In this document: positions 16,250-26,984 of the stretch, piece by piece
Position numbering within the stretch: position 1 is the first letter of the stretch
Layout: every line of letters begins with the position of its first letter
Source: a virus
Taxonomy: Duplodnaviria; Heunggongvirae; Uroviricota; Caudoviricetes
Length of the DNA stretch: 35,432 bases
Virus record (IMG/VR): IMGVR_UViG_2737471826_000010
Location: 1 to 35,432 of that record
Direction: 5' to 3' (one strand)
Program-made: the position numbers and the translations under genes
The notes under the pieces: generated by a model
What the model saw: the letters and a program-made list of their open reading frames with translations, nothing else
Database searches by the model: none
Told to the model about the DNA's origin: nothing

Positions 16250-18720
16250 TGGCTATCAGTTGGATCCAGCCCAGCTTTGCCGGTGGTGAGATTGGACCGT
16301 CGTTGTACGGTCGTATCGACATGGCGAAGTACCAGGTGGCATTGCGCAAGTGCGATAACTTTATCGTGCGGCAGTATGGCGGAGTTGAGAATCGACCTGG
16401 TACGCGTTTTGTCGGTGCCGCCAAATACCCAAATCGGAAATGCCGCCTGATCCCGTTCCAGTTCTCGACGGTTCAGACTTATGCTCTGGAGTTCGGACAC
16501 CAGTACATGCGCGTTATCAAAGATGGTGCGTTGGTGCTGAACAGCAGCAATGTTATTTATGAAATTTCCACGCCATATACTGAAACCGATCTGTTCCGAA
16601 TTAAATTCACGCAAAGCGCAGACGTGCTTACGCTGGTTCATCCGGCATACCCGCCGAAAGAGTTGCGCCGCTATGCGCATGACAACTGGCAACTGGTTGA
16701 TGTGGTAACGAAGAACGGGCCATTTGAAGATATCAATATTGACGAGTCAGTGACGGTTTATGCCAGCGCCAGCACCGGGACAATTACGCTAACGGCAAGC
16801 GCCTCTATTTTTGGCGCGGAGCAGGTAGGCAAATTGTTCTATCTGGAACAGCCTGCAGTGGATTCTGTGCCGGTATGGGAAACCAGTAAGAGTACGTCGA
16901 TTGGCGATATTCGCCGTGCAGACAGTAACTACTATCGCGCCGTTACAGCAGGCAAAACAGGTACTTTGCGCCCTTCGCATACAGAAGGCACATCATGGGA
17001 TGGCTGGGGCGGATCCGGTGATGATGATACTGGCATTGAGTGGGAATATCTGCACAGTGGTTTTGGCATTGCCCGTATCACTGCTGCAAATGGAACTACT
17101 GCAACTGCCGAGGTGATTTCCTATATCCCTTCGCAGGTCGTGGGCGAGGATAATGCCAGCTATAAATGGGCTAAATATGCCTGGAACAGTGTTAATGGTT
17201 ATCCTGGCACTGTTGTTTATTATCAACAACGTCTTTACTTCGCCGCATCGACTGCGTTTCCTCAGACTATCTGGGCCAGCCGTACCGGGGATTATAAGGA
17301 TTTTGGCAAAAGCAATCCTACGCAGGATGACGACAGAATTATCTACACCTATGCCGGACGTCAGGTTAATGAGATCCGCCACCTGATTGATGTTGGTTCT
17401 CTGGTGGCGCTGACTTCCGGAGGTGAGTACGTCATCACCGGCGACCAGAACAAAGTGTTAACCCCATCATCATTTGCATTCAGCTCTCAGGGATCAAATG
17501 GCTCAAGCAACGTCCCGCCAATTGCCGTGGCGAATATTGCTCTGTTCGTCCAGGAGAAAGGCAGCGTTGTCCGTGATCTGGCCTACTCATTCGATGTTGA
17601 CGGCTATCAGGGGAACGACCTGACCATCCTTGCCAATCATCTTTTTCAGAAGCACAGCATTGTTGACTGGTGCTTCTCGATAGTCCCTTACTCCAGCGCC
17701 TTCTGCATTCGTGATGACGGTAAATTACTGGTGATGACCTATTTGCGTGATCAACAGGTTTTTGCATGGGCACCACAGTCCAGTACCGGAAAATATGAAA
17801 GCACATGCAGTATCAGCGAAGGCAATGAAGATGCGGTGTATTTCGTCATTAACCGAACCGTTAACGGGCAAACAGTGAGATACATCGAGCGACTGTCCAG
17901 CCGTTTATTTACCAGCGATGAAGATGCTTTCTTTGTTGATTCTGGCCTTAGCTATGATGGAAGAAATACGTCTGACAGAACGATGACCATCACTGGTGGT
18001 TCTGGCGAATGGGATTACCGCGCGGAATATACAATCAGTGTTTCTGGTGGTGCGTACTTCACCAGTAGTGATGTCGGCGCGCAACTACAGTTCCCTTATA
18101 CCGGAACTGATCCTAATACTGGCGATGAGGTGTCAAAAGAATTACGTTGCGACATTATTTCTGTAACCAGCAATACCGCTGTAGTGGTTCGTGCTAACAG
18201 GAACGTCCCGCCATCCCTCAGGAATGTGGCCACCACGAACTGGCAGATGGCGCGCCGGACATTTGGAGGCCTGTCTCATCTTGAAGGCCAGACCGTAAAC
18301 ATTCTCTCTGATGCGAACGTGGAACCACAGAAAGTGGTTTCCGGAGGTGCCGTCACGCTGGAATCTCCGGGGGCTGTAGTGCACATCGGCCTGCCAATAA
18401 CTGCTGAATTCGAAACACTGGATATCAACATTAACGGACAGGAAACGCTGCTGGACAAAAAACAGGTGATCCCCTCCGTTACTCTGGTTGTGAATGCCAG
18501 TCGCGGCATCTGGGCGACTACGCCCGGCGGTAAATGGTACGAATATCCACAGCGTGAATTCGAGTTCTACGATGATCCTGTTGATGATGCTACCGGAAAA
18601 GTAGAAGTGAAACTGGACAGTAACTGGGGCAAAAACGGACGTGTAAAAATCCGTCAGCTTGATCCGTTGCCGCTGTCTGTTCTTGCCGTTATTCCTCGCC
18701 TTACTGTTGGGGGATTCTGA
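16249..18720 (+). CDS. tail tubular protein B-like (T7 gp12 position)
   Basis: 823 aa; position and size; coupled to neighbours. Confidence 0.45.
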   Translation: MAISWIQPSFAGGEIGPSLYGRIDMAKYQVALRKCDNFIVRQYGGVENRPGTRFVGAAKYPNRKCRLIPFQFSTVQTYALEFGHQYMRVIKDGALVLNSSNVIYEISTPYTETDLFRIKFTQSADVLTLVHPAYPPKELRRYAHDNWQLVDVVTKNGPFEDINIDESVTVYASASTGTITLTASASIFGAEQVGKLFYLEQPAVDSVPVWETSKSTSIGDIRRADSNYYRAVTAGKTGTLRPSHTEGTSWDGWGGSGDDDTGIEWEYLHSGFGIARITAANGTTATAEVISYIPSQVVGEDNASYKWAKYAWNSVNGYPGTVVYYQQRLYFAASTAFPQTIWASRTGDYKDFGKSNPTQDDDRIIYTYAGRQVNEIRHLIDVGSLVALTSGGEYVITGDQNKVLTPSSFAFSSQGSNGSSNVPPIAVANIALFVQEKGSVVRDLAYSFDVDGYQGNDLTILANHLFQKHSIVDWCFSIVPYSSAFCIRDDGKLLVMTYLRDQQVFAWAPQSSTGKYESTCSISEGNEDAVYFVINRTVNGQTVRYIERLSSRLFTSDEDAFFVDSGLSYDGRNTSDRTMTITGGSGEWDYRAEYTISVSGGAYFTSSDVGAQLQFPYTGTDPNTGDEVSKELRCDIISVTSNTAVVVRANRNVPPSLRNVATTNWQMARRTFGGLSHLEGQTVNILSDANVEPQKVVSGGAVTLESPGAVVHIGLPITAEFETLDININGQETLLDKKQVIPSVTLVVNASRGIWATTPGGKWYEYPQREFEFYDDPVDDATGKVEVKLDSNWGKNGRVKIRQLDPLPLSVLAVIPRLTVGGF

Positions 18721-19184
18721 TGATCGATGTTCAAATTATTCCCGCAACCGAAGAGCATCTTCAGATGATTTTGCCGGATGTTCGTCAGGCTGATATTGAC
18801 GAACTGTATGCGGTATCACTGATGACTACCGAAGATGCGCTGCGTGTTGGTCTGCGTACTGCGACTATGGCCTGGTCAGGATTTGCGAACGGAGAACTGG
18901 TAACCATGTTTGGCGTATCTCCGGCGTCAATGATCGGTGGCAATGGTACGCCCTGGCTGGTCGGAACCAGCCGTATCGAAAAATATCAGAAGACATTTCT
19001 TCGCCACTGCCGCCCTGTATTGCAGCAGATGCTGGCAGTTTATCCGCGCCTGGAAAACTACGTCGACGAGCGAAACCATGTTGCCAAAGCATGGCTGCAC
19101 TGGCTTGGATTCAGGCTTGAAGAAGCCGCGCCTTATGGTGCTCTTGGTCTTAATTTCCACAGATTTCACATGGAGAGAAAATAA
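18720..19184 (+). CDS. hypothetical internal virion/assembly protein (154 aa)
   Basis: ORF coupled to tail tubular B stop. Confidence 0.4.
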   Translation: MIDVQIIPATEEHLQMILPDVRQADIDELYAVSLMTTEDALRVGLRTATMAWSGFANGELVTMFGVSPASMIGGNGTPWLVGTSRIEKYQKTFLRHCRPVLQQMLAVYPRLENYVDERNHVAKAWLHWLGFRLEEAAPYGALGLNFHRFHMERK

Positions 19185-19729
19185 TGTGCGATCCGGTTAT
19201 TGCTGGTGGCGCAATGCTCGCCATGAGTGGCATTCAGGCATACACCCAGTACCAACAGGGAAAGTATGCCTCGAAGGTTGCAGAAGCGAACGCAGATATA
19301 GCCACAGCTCAGGCAAATGATGCAATAAACAGAGGTAACGCTGAAGCTGAGCAACGGCGCAGAGAGACCCGACAGCGGCTTGGTACACAGGCGGCGACAA
19401 TGGGGGCTACCGGCGCTGATTTATCTACAGGTAACGCGCTGGATATATTTGGCGACACTGCCCAGTTTGGCGCTCTTGATTCTCTGACGACGGTGAATAA
19501 CGCGCAACGCGAGGCTTACGGTTATCAGGTTCAGGCTGCCAACTATAAAGCAGAAGCCAGTTCAGCCCGTAAACAGGGGAATGTGGGAGCAGCAACAACA
19601 TTGCTCACTGCGCCTCTGAAGGCATACGGTGCGTACCAGATGTTTGGTGGGACGTGGAGTCCGTTTACTCAAAGCACCCCTGCGCCAATCGGAGCAGCAG
19701 CAGGAACCAGATTACCCGGAGGATTATAA
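19184..19729 (+). CDS. internal virion protein (gp14-like)
   Basis: 181 aa starting MC followed by hydrophobic segment, Ala/Gln-rich; position matches podovirus internal core protein. Confidence 0.4.
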   Translation: MCDPVIAGGAMLAMSGIQAYTQYQQGKYASKVAEANADIATAQANDAINRGNAEAEQRRRETRQRLGTQAATMGATGADLSTGNALDIFGDTAQFGALDSLTTVNNAQREAYGYQVQAANYKAEASSARKQGNVGAATTLLTAPLKAYGAYQMFGGTWSPFTQSTPAPIGAAAGTRLPGGL

Positions 19730-22242
19730 TGCCAGTCGTACCAACAGTATCCGGACGTCAGGTTGAGAGCCGTGGAGTTCAGTCAGCAGGCTTGCAGACG
19801 TTTTCTCAGCCAGGTATTGGTGATGCTTTTGTTCGGGCAGGGGCAGAGGCAATTGATGTTTTGGGGCAGGCAAAACAGCGTGCCAATATTGCCTTGGCTC
19901 AGGAGGCATCTCTTAACCTCAGTCAGATAAGCAGTGATTTGCTGAATAATCCTGAAACAGGATTGCTGAACCTGAAAGGGAAAAATGCTATTGGAAAAGG
20001 CCATGAGTATACGCAGCAGTTTGATGCTCAGGTCGAACAATTGGCTATGTCGCTGCCGGATGAACAGGCTCGTAATGCTTTCATGCAGCAGGCGCAGCAG
20101 CAGCGCATTCAGTTCACTACGCAGGCCGGGCGGCACGAGATAGGGCAAATAAATGCCTACGAAGAAGGCCAGTTTCAGGCTACGCTGCTGAACAATGGTA
20201 AAAATGCCGCAGCATTGTATGGCGACAACGCCGCATACGTATTGGCTAATAAGCAAACTTTCCAGCAAATTGAGGATTACGGCATTGCACATGGCTGGAG
20301 TGACGAGCAAATCCAGGCCAAGAAAATCGAGTTTAAAGAAGCAACAGCAAAAGCAACTGCTCAAAATGCTATTGGAGCAAACTATCTTCAGGTAAGACGG
20401 CAAAACGGCGAGTTAAGCGATACTGCTGCTGGATCTCGCCGTGCTGTAGCAGATAGTGGCTCTTCCGATCGTACCCGCGGTATACGCAACAATAACCCCG
20501 GCAATCTTGAATACAGCAAAACTAATCCGTGGGTTGGGCAGACTGGTGATGATGGTCGCTTTGCCAAATTCGAAACCCCTGAACACGGTATTCGTGCATT
20601 AGGGCGGAACCTGATGTCGTATCAGCGGCAGGGTATTGATACCGTCAGCGAGATAATTAATCGCTGGGCACCGCCTACTGATAAAAATGACACTATGTCG
20701 TATATCAAAGCAGTGTGCGAACAACTTGGCGTTTCTGCTGATGAGCCTCTCGATGCATCAAATCCTGATACCCTGAAGGCGCTTTGTGCAGCCATTATCC
20801 ATCATGAAAACGGTAGCCAGCCATACAGTGATCAGCAGTTAACTGCAGGTGTTAGTGCTGCGCTGGGGCTTTCTCAGCTACCGACAAAAAATAAACGTTA
20901 TACCGGTGTAGCCTGGTTCGATGCTTTAAGTGAATCAGATCAGGCCAGCGTGTTGCGACAGACTGATGCACTAGCCAGACAACAGCAGGCTGAATATAAA
21001 ACGATGCTCGACAGCCGGGTTCGCGATGCGACGGCTGCGTATATGCGTGGCGTTGAATTTCCTAACCCACCTGGTGAGGATGATTTTATTGCAGCTTATG
21101 GAGTCAGAGAAGGAAACCTGCGATATACCGAGTTTAAGAATACGCAGATCGCCGGACAGTATATAGGCTCTTTCCGCAACATGCCGACAAGCAGCATTAC
21201 AGCATATGTTGAGCAATTACGCCCGGATACTGGTGATACAGGGGAGGGGTATGCGGCACGCGCAGCTCTTTATGACAACGTTGTTTCGGCTGCAAATCAG
21301 GTGATAAAGCAGCGGCAGTCGGATCCTGTGCAGTTCTCTCTTGCCTCCGGACAGGCAAAGCCTATCGACATGAGCAATAAGGATAACTTTGGACAGAGCG
21401 TTGCCTTGCGTGCCGCTCAGGTCAGTGACCTTGCTAAGTCATATGGCACTCCACTGACGTTCTTTTCCAAAGACGAGGCCAATCAGATCGGTGTTTTCTT
21501 TCGTGATGCGCCAGTTTCCCAACAGGCAGCATATCTCGATACCATCAGGCAGAGCACTGGTGGTGGGCAGGTGTATATGTCAGCACTACAGCAGATCAGT
21601 GCCAACGCTCCATCTGCTGCCGTTGCCGGGATACTGATGGATAAGCCTGGTGGTATTTTGGCAGAAAAAAACTGGTTTAATCCTGATGTTTCCGTGTCTC
21701 CTGAAACCGCAGCGCAGACAATTCTTGCTGGTGCGGCGGCTCGTAAAGGTACTGATGACGCGAAAGGTATTCCGATGCCTAAAGATGCTGATCTCCGCCT
21801 TGAGTTTTCTGACATGGTGAAGGATGCATTTGCTGGTGATGCTCAGGGGGCATCAATGGCATACGAGATCGCAAAGGACTATTACGCTGGTGTGATGGCG
21901 AAAAAAGGCGTGGTATCAGGCGAAATTGACAATGATATCTGGAAACAGGCTGTTAACGTAGCTACAGGTGGTGTGCATGACTATAACGGAATGGGGAATG
22001 TTCTTTTGCCGTGGGGAATGTCTGCAGAGCAATTCGATAAGCAGGTTAATCAGGCTTGGAATGAACAAGTTGTCGGCACAGGGATAAAAACACCGCTTGG
22101 TCAGTATGGTTTGCAAAGTTACGGCGATAGTCAGTACCTGGTGAAACTTGGTACTGGTTATCTGCTAAAAGATGATGGTTCTCCCGTTGTTCTTGATCTG
22201 ACACAGAAGCGTCAGAGATTCTCCGGAGATATTCCGCAATGA
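19729..22242 (+). CDS. internal virion/ejection protein (838 aa)
   Basis: Start ATG 19729 (TAATG overlap, GGAGG RBS) rather than the track start at 19654. Confidence 0.5.
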   Translation: MPVVPTVSGRQVESRGVQSAGLQTFSQPGIGDAFVRAGAEAIDVLGQAKQRANIALAQEASLNLSQISSDLLNNPETGLLNLKGKNAIGKGHEYTQQFDAQVEQLAMSLPDEQARNAFMQQAQQQRIQFTTQAGRHEIGQINAYEEGQFQATLLNNGKNAAALYGDNAAYVLANKQTFQQIEDYGIAHGWSDEQIQAKKIEFKEATAKATAQNAIGANYLQVRRQNGELSDTAAGSRRAVADSGSSDRTRGIRNNNPGNLEYSKTNPWVGQTGDDGRFAKFETPEHGIRALGRNLMSYQRQGIDTVSEIINRWAPPTDKNDTMSYIKAVCEQLGVSADEPLDASNPDTLKALCAAIIHHENGSQPYSDQQLTAGVSAALGLSQLPTKNKRYTGVAWFDALSESDQASVLRQTDALARQQQAEYKTMLDSRVRDATAAYMRGVEFPNPPGEDDFIAAYGVREGNLRYTEFKNTQIAGQYIGSFRNMPTSSITAYVEQLRPDTGDTGEGYAARAALYDNVVSAANQVIKQRQSDPVQFSLASGQAKPIDMSNKDNFGQSVALRAAQVSDLAKSYGTPLTFFSKDEANQIGVFFRDAPVSQQAAYLDTIRQSTGGGQVYMSALQQISANAPSAAVAGILMDKPGGILAEKNWFNPDVSVSPETAAQTILAGAAARKGTDDAKGIPMPKDADLRLEFSDMVKDAFAGDAQGASMAYEIAKDYYAGVMAKKGVVSGEIDNDIWKQAVNVATGGVHDYNGMGNVLLPWGMSAEQFDKQVNQAWNEQVVGTGIKTPLGQYGLQSYGDSQYLVKLGTGYLLKDDGSPVVLDLTQKRQRFSGDIPQ

Positions 22243-24041
22243 GTTACTTTGGCCTTAATCCAGTAAACCAGAATCAGCAGCTTGACGAAGCAGCATCAAA
22301 TCCAGCTGGCTTTAACAGCGATGTTGGTTTTTTCGACAATGCTGTAGGAGCGGCATTGTCTGGTTTGTACTCCGGGCTGGTGGCAAAGCCAGATCAGTTG
22401 CTCTGGGCAGGGATGGATAAAATCGTATCCCCGATTGCTCAGTTTGTTAACGAAAACACCTCGCTCAATGACACTTCAGTTTCATACATTGCCGAGCAGA
22501 GAAAACTAGCAGAGCAGCAGGTTAAGCGGCTGACGCCTGATGCCGCGACAACCGGAACCGCCGGGCAGGTTCTTTATGGGTTGTTCGATATGGGCGGGCA
22601 GGCTGTTGTCGGTACAACGCTCGGTGGTCCGGTCGGAGGTGCAGCGGCGGTAACTTCGCTACAGGGTTTTTCTGAGTTTGAACGGCTGACAGCACAGGGT
22701 GTTGATTTTAGGACGGCGCAGGAAGCAGGATTAGTGCAGGGTATTACTGCTGGTGCCGGAACACTGATCCCTATGAGCCTCGGGTTACGTGCTGGTGGTG
22801 CACTGGCGGAAGGTGTGGCGGCCCAGCTTGCGCGGACGGGTGAAAGTTCAGTGCGACGCGCCGCAGCAACAGCAGTACGTGCAACGCCAGATATTGCCTA
22901 TGCCGCAGGTACAAATATTGCGTTCGGTATGGCACAGCGTGGGCTTACTGCAAAAACGCTTCGTGATGGTGGCTATAGCGAAATGGCTAACCAGTATGAT
23001 GTGTTGGATCGACAGGCAATTGCTATTGATGCTGTTCTTGGGGTGGCGTTTGGTGGTGTCGGCAGATTTATTAACTCTCGCGGCGAGTCTACAAGCGCAC
23101 CAAATTTTTCACCAGTTGATGTTGATGCTGCACTGGCGGCGAATGCCGCTCATCATGCTGAAATTGATATTGCGCCCGGCGTGCCGATCAACGTGCTTTC
23201 GCGCAATTCTCACATTCAGGCTCTGCGAAAAGCTATGTCTGATGTTAGCCAGGGGAGACCTGTAGATGTTGCCAGCATTGTTGAGTCTGCATCTTTCAGT
23301 GAAATTCCTGGGCGCAAGAGTCTGCTGTCTCAGGCAGTTAATGAGGCTCTGTCATCTGTAGATGATGGAGTAACGGCGCGCGCTATAGAAAATCGGTTGC
23401 TTGAAGAACAGGCCGCGCAGCTTTTGCCGCGTGGCGATAGACAGGTTTACCAGTCTGAAATCGCTAATAGCCAACGAATTATTGAAAATCTCACTGAACA
23501 GCGCGCACAAATTCTTGCAGAAGATCCAACCGGTAGCGGTAAATCTTTGTCTCGTGCTCGATCAGATAAACAGGTCAGACTTCGCGATATTGACCAACGA
23601 ATCCGGCAGGCACAAGAACGCCTGGAATTTTCCCGTAACGCGTTGGCACCGCATGAGCCTGGCGGTCAGTTTTTTGAAGCTCGAGCAGAACTGGCACGGA
23701 GACAGCAGGCTGAAAGTGAACTTAATGCTCAGGCTGTTTCATTCTATAAAACAGCAGAGGTCAGGACGCCAGACGAAGTAGCTCCTTTTGAGCCTGATAA
23801 AATATTGCAACAGGCAGAACAAAAAATGATGGCGGATCAGGCAGGAGATATTGATCTGCGCATAGCTGAAGACTCGCTGCTTGAATCACCTGACATGATA
23901 ATCACCGTGCTGGATGATGATGGTAATCCACAATCGCGCAGCGCGCGTGAAGTACTGGATGAAGCGAACAGGGAAAGTGAGCAGGCAATACAGGATTCCA
24001 GCCTGTTTGATGTCGCTGTGGCGTGTTTCTTGAGAGGTTAA
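22239..24041 (+). CDS. internal virion/ejection protein (600 aa)
   Basis: Large Ala/Gly-rich ORF coupled to previous gene. Confidence 0.5.
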   Translation: MSYFGLNPVNQNQQLDEAASNPAGFNSDVGFFDNAVGAALSGLYSGLVAKPDQLLWAGMDKIVSPIAQFVNENTSLNDTSVSYIAEQRKLAEQQVKRLTPDAATTGTAGQVLYGLFDMGGQAVVGTTLGGPVGGAAAVTSLQGFSEFERLTAQGVDFRTAQEAGLVQGITAGAGTLIPMSLGLRAGGALAEGVAAQLARTGESSVRRAAATAVRATPDIAYAAGTNIAFGMAQRGLTAKTLRDGGYSEMANQYDVLDRQAIAIDAVLGVAFGGVGRFINSRGESTSAPNFSPVDVDAALAANAAHHAEIDIAPGVPINVLSRNSHIQALRKAMSDVSQGRPVDVASIVESASFSEIPGRKSLLSQAVNEALSSVDDGVTARAIENRLLEEQAAQLLPRGDRQVYQSEIANSQRIIENLTEQRAQILAEDPTGSGKSLSRARSDKQVRLRDIDQRIRQAQERLEFSRNALAPHEPGGQFFEARAELARRQQAESELNAQAVSFYKTAEVRTPDEVAPFEPDKILQQAEQKMMADQAGDIDLRIAEDSLLESPDMIITVLDDDGNPQSRSAREVLDEANRESEQAIQDSSLFDVAVACFLRG

Positions 24042-24046
24042 ATTAA

Positions 24047-26521
24047 ATGAGACAGGAATGTATACAAGCGGTCCAGCAGGCGGCGCAGCGCACGTTAACG
24101 GCGCGAGAAATACAGAACATTGAAGACCGCATTTATCGAAATATGCGCTCCATTGCTCGTGATGACCCGATGTCGTGGCGACAACTTTCCGAATCAGAGC
24201 GGCTGTATCGTGCAGCACAATTGGCATCTGAAGAATTACAGCGAGAAGCGGCATTAAAGAAACGTCGTGTGGCCCTCACTATAGCCGCACGTCAGAGATT
24301 GGATAAATTTATCAATAGCTATCAAGGGGCTGATGGGAAACTTGGCGCTCTTAACCGTACTATTGCTTTTAATGCAGACGGTAAATCGAATTTCCTCTCT
24401 GTTGAATCCAGAACAAAAGCCACCCGTGATTATGCATTGAGTCAATTGCAGGAGGCATTCGAAGCAGTTGATCCTCGCTTTTTTGGTCTGTTTGAAGATG
24501 AAGCTGGCGTACGTGACCTGGTATATGAAATGCGGGGGCAAAATACTGGCAATGCTAAAGCAAGAAAAGGTGCTAAGGCGTGGAGAGAAGTGACAGAGCT
24601 ACTGCGCCGCCGGTTTAATGATGCTGGTGGGGACATTGGCTATCTCGAAAACTGGGGGATCCCTCAACATCATTCTATGGAAAAGGTTGGGGCGGTATCA
24701 AAGGATAAGTGGGTTAGCGATGTTATAGGTAAGCTGGATCGCAAATATTATACCCGAGCCGATGGACAACTGATGAACGATGCCGAGTTGTCTGAATTTC
24801 TTGGAGAGGCTTATAACACGATCGCTACTGGTGGGCTGAATAAGCTTACTGATACCGGAATGCGAATTTCCGGCGCACGTGCTAACCGTGGTAATGCATC
24901 ACGACAGATACATTTCAAAGATGCAGATTCCTATCTGCAATATCAGCAACTTTATGGCGATCGCTCTCTATGGGAAATCATGGTCGGTCACCTGGAAGGT
25001 ATCAGTAAAGATATTGCACTGGTGGAAACATATGGCCCAAACCCCGATCATGTTTTCCGCTCCCTTCTTGATCAGGTTAAGGCAGAAACGGCAACAGCTA
25101 ACCCGAGTAAAACCGGTAGCGTCGAGCGTCTGGCGAACAAAACAGAGAACTTGTACAACTTTATTTCCGGAAAAACACAGCCTGTAGCGAATCCGCACAT
25201 CGCGCGATGGTCTGACAATATCCGCAACTGGCTGGTTGCCAGCAGACTCGGATCCGCGTTGCTGTCATCGTTCTCTGATCTTGGAACCATGTATCTGTCT
25301 GCGAAGGTTACCAACCTTCCAATGAACCAGTTATTTCGCAACCAGCTTGAAGCTATGGACCCAACGAACCGTACAGAACTTGCGCGGGCGCGCCGCGCTG
25401 GCCTGGCGATGGAATCTCTACTTGGCAGCGTTAACCGCTGGGCGATGGATAATATGGGGCCGTCTGTGTCTCGTTGGGCGGCAACGGCGGTAATGCGTGC
25501 CAGTGGGCTTACAGCATGGTCAGATGCGCACAAGCGCGCCTATGGCGTAACCATGATGGGAAGCCTGGGAGAAGTAGTGTCACGGACACCAGACCTTCGT
25601 AGCCTCGATGACTCTGATTTTCGTATCCTGAAAAGCAAAGGGATTACTGACACAGACTGGAGCGTATGGAAGCTGGCGCAACAGGAGGACTGGGGGAACG
25701 GTAATAATACGATGCTGACACCGGAAAGCATTATGCGTATCCCTGATTCAGCAGTTAAACATCTTGGTGAGCCTGAGCGCGTGAAATTTGAGGCAATGCG
25801 TAAACTGCTCGGTGCCGTAACTGAAGAAGTTGATATGGCTGTTATTACACCGGGCGCACGTGAACAGATGTTCGTAGGGTCTGGTCTTCAGCGTGGAACA
25901 TGGAAAGGTGAATTAACGAGAAGTGTTTTCCTGTTTAAATCGTTCCCTATCTCGGTAGTTATGCGTCACTGGCATAGAGCTATGGGGATGCCGTCTGCTG
26001 GTGGGCGTGCAGCATATATAGCAACGTTTTTAGCAAGCACAACCATGCTTGGTGCTCTTTCCATGCAGATTACTGATCTTATTAATGGGAGAAATCCAAA
26101 AGAAATGACCGGTGACAACATGGTTAAATTCTGGATAAATGCATTTTTAAAAGGTGGTGGTGCAGGGTTGTATGGTGATTTTCTTTTCTCTGACCACACC
26201 AGGTACGGAAGCGGCGCGTTGGCGTCGATGCTTGGCCCGGTAGCTGGTCTGGTTGATGACGTAGTGAAGATTGCTCAGGGCATACCGTTAAATGCTGTGG
26301 AAGGGAAGAATGAGCAGACTGGTGGTGATCTGGTTAAGCTGGGGAAAGGTCTGATGCCAGGTGCGAATCTCTGGTACTTAAAGGCGGCTCTCGATCACAT
26401 GATCTTTAACCAGATGCAGGAGTATTTTTCACCAGGCTATTTGCGTAAAATGGAGCAACGTTCAAAGAAAGAGTTTAACCAGACATACTGGTGGCGACCT
26501 CAGGATGTCACTCCGCAATAA
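24047..26521 (+). CDS. internal virion/ejection protein (824 aa)
   Basis: Large ORF with GAGAGG RBS; last gene of the morphogenesis run. Confidence 0.5.
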   Translation: MRQECIQAVQQAAQRTLTAREIQNIEDRIYRNMRSIARDDPMSWRQLSESERLYRAAQLASEELQREAALKKRRVALTIAARQRLDKFINSYQGADGKLGALNRTIAFNADGKSNFLSVESRTKATRDYALSQLQEAFEAVDPRFFGLFEDEAGVRDLVYEMRGQNTGNAKARKGAKAWREVTELLRRRFNDAGGDIGYLENWGIPQHHSMEKVGAVSKDKWVSDVIGKLDRKYYTRADGQLMNDAELSEFLGEAYNTIATGGLNKLTDTGMRISGARANRGNASRQIHFKDADSYLQYQQLYGDRSLWEIMVGHLEGISKDIALVETYGPNPDHVFRSLLDQVKAETATANPSKTGSVERLANKTENLYNFISGKTQPVANPHIARWSDNIRNWLVASRLGSALLSSFSDLGTMYLSAKVTNLPMNQLFRNQLEAMDPTNRTELARARRAGLAMESLLGSVNRWAMDNMGPSVSRWAATAVMRASGLTAWSDAHKRAYGVTMMGSLGEVVSRTPDLRSLDDSDFRILKSKGITDTDWSVWKLAQQEDWGNGNNTMLTPESIMRIPDSAVKHLGEPERVKFEAMRKLLGAVTEEVDMAVITPGAREQMFVGSGLQRGTWKGELTRSVFLFKSFPISVVMRHWHRAMGMPSAGGRAAYIATFLASTTMLGALSMQITDLINGRNPKEMTGDNMVKFWINAFLKGGGAGLYGDFLFSDHTRYGSGALASMLGPVAGLVDDVVKIAQGIPLNAVEGKNEQTGGDLVKLGKGLMPGANLWYLKAALDHMIFNQMQEYFSPGYLRKMEQRSKKEFNQTYWWRPQDVTPQ

Positions 26522-26530
26522 GGAACAACA

Positions 26531-26944
26531 ATGAAGGAATTATTGCTGTTATCGGTATTTTTGATATCAGCTTGCTCGACATCCTATGATGTTTATGACG
26601 GTGTTGATAAGGCATATTGCGACAAAGTTAAAATGGATTTTTCTCTTGCCAAGACGGCGAAGGATAGTTGTATTGATCACTACGTCAAGACTTATACCAA
26701 GCCAGCCTCATCGGCATCTGATATTGCTGAAGGTGCTGTGTTTGAGTGTAACAAGGTGATATCCATCGCAGCGAGTTCTTCATACGATGCTGCTGTATGT
26801 GCAATGGCTGAAAGAAACGGCATGTCAGTGCAAAAAATTAATAGCATGATAAGCAGTAATGACGAAGCCAAAATAAGAACTGATATCAGCTCGGTGAAAA
26901 AAGATGCCATGAACAGAGTTGTAAAATATCAGTCATCTTTATAA
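26531..26944 (+). CDS. lipoprotein moron (possible superinfection exclusion)
   Basis: Signal peptide with lipobox LISAC; visibly AT-rich; followed by palindrome copy 3 and a terminator. Confidence 0.55.
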   Translation: MKELLLLSVFLISACSTSYDVYDGVDKAYCDKVKMDFSLAKTAKDSCIDHYVKTYTKPASSASDIAEGAVFECNKVISIAASSSYDAAVCAMAERNGMSVQKINSMISSNDEAKIRTDISSVKKDAMNRVVKYQSSL

Positions 26945-26947
26945 GTC

Positions 26948-26959
26948 GTGACATGTCAC
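26948..26959. repeat. 12-bp perfect palindrome GTGACATGTCAC (copy 3)
   Basis: Exact copy 3 bp after the lipoprotein stop and 1 bp before the terminator stem. Confidence 0.8.
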
Positions 26960-26960
26960 A

Positions 26961-26984
26961 GGCCGCTTTCGCGGCCTTGTTTTT
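26961..26984. terminator. terminator between convergent genes
   Basis: Stem GGCCGC/GCGGCC, loop TTTC, then TTGTTTTT on plus strand. Confidence 0.6.

Noticed and set aside
16003-16692. Minus-strand ORF of 229 aa spanning the tail tubular A/B junction
   Set aside because: Antisense to two coupled plus-strand genes; no start context.
19654-19728. Track start at 19654 for the 838-aa internal protein
   Set aside because: It overlaps the end of the upstream gene; ATG 19729 has a GGAGG RBS and the usual TAATG coupling.
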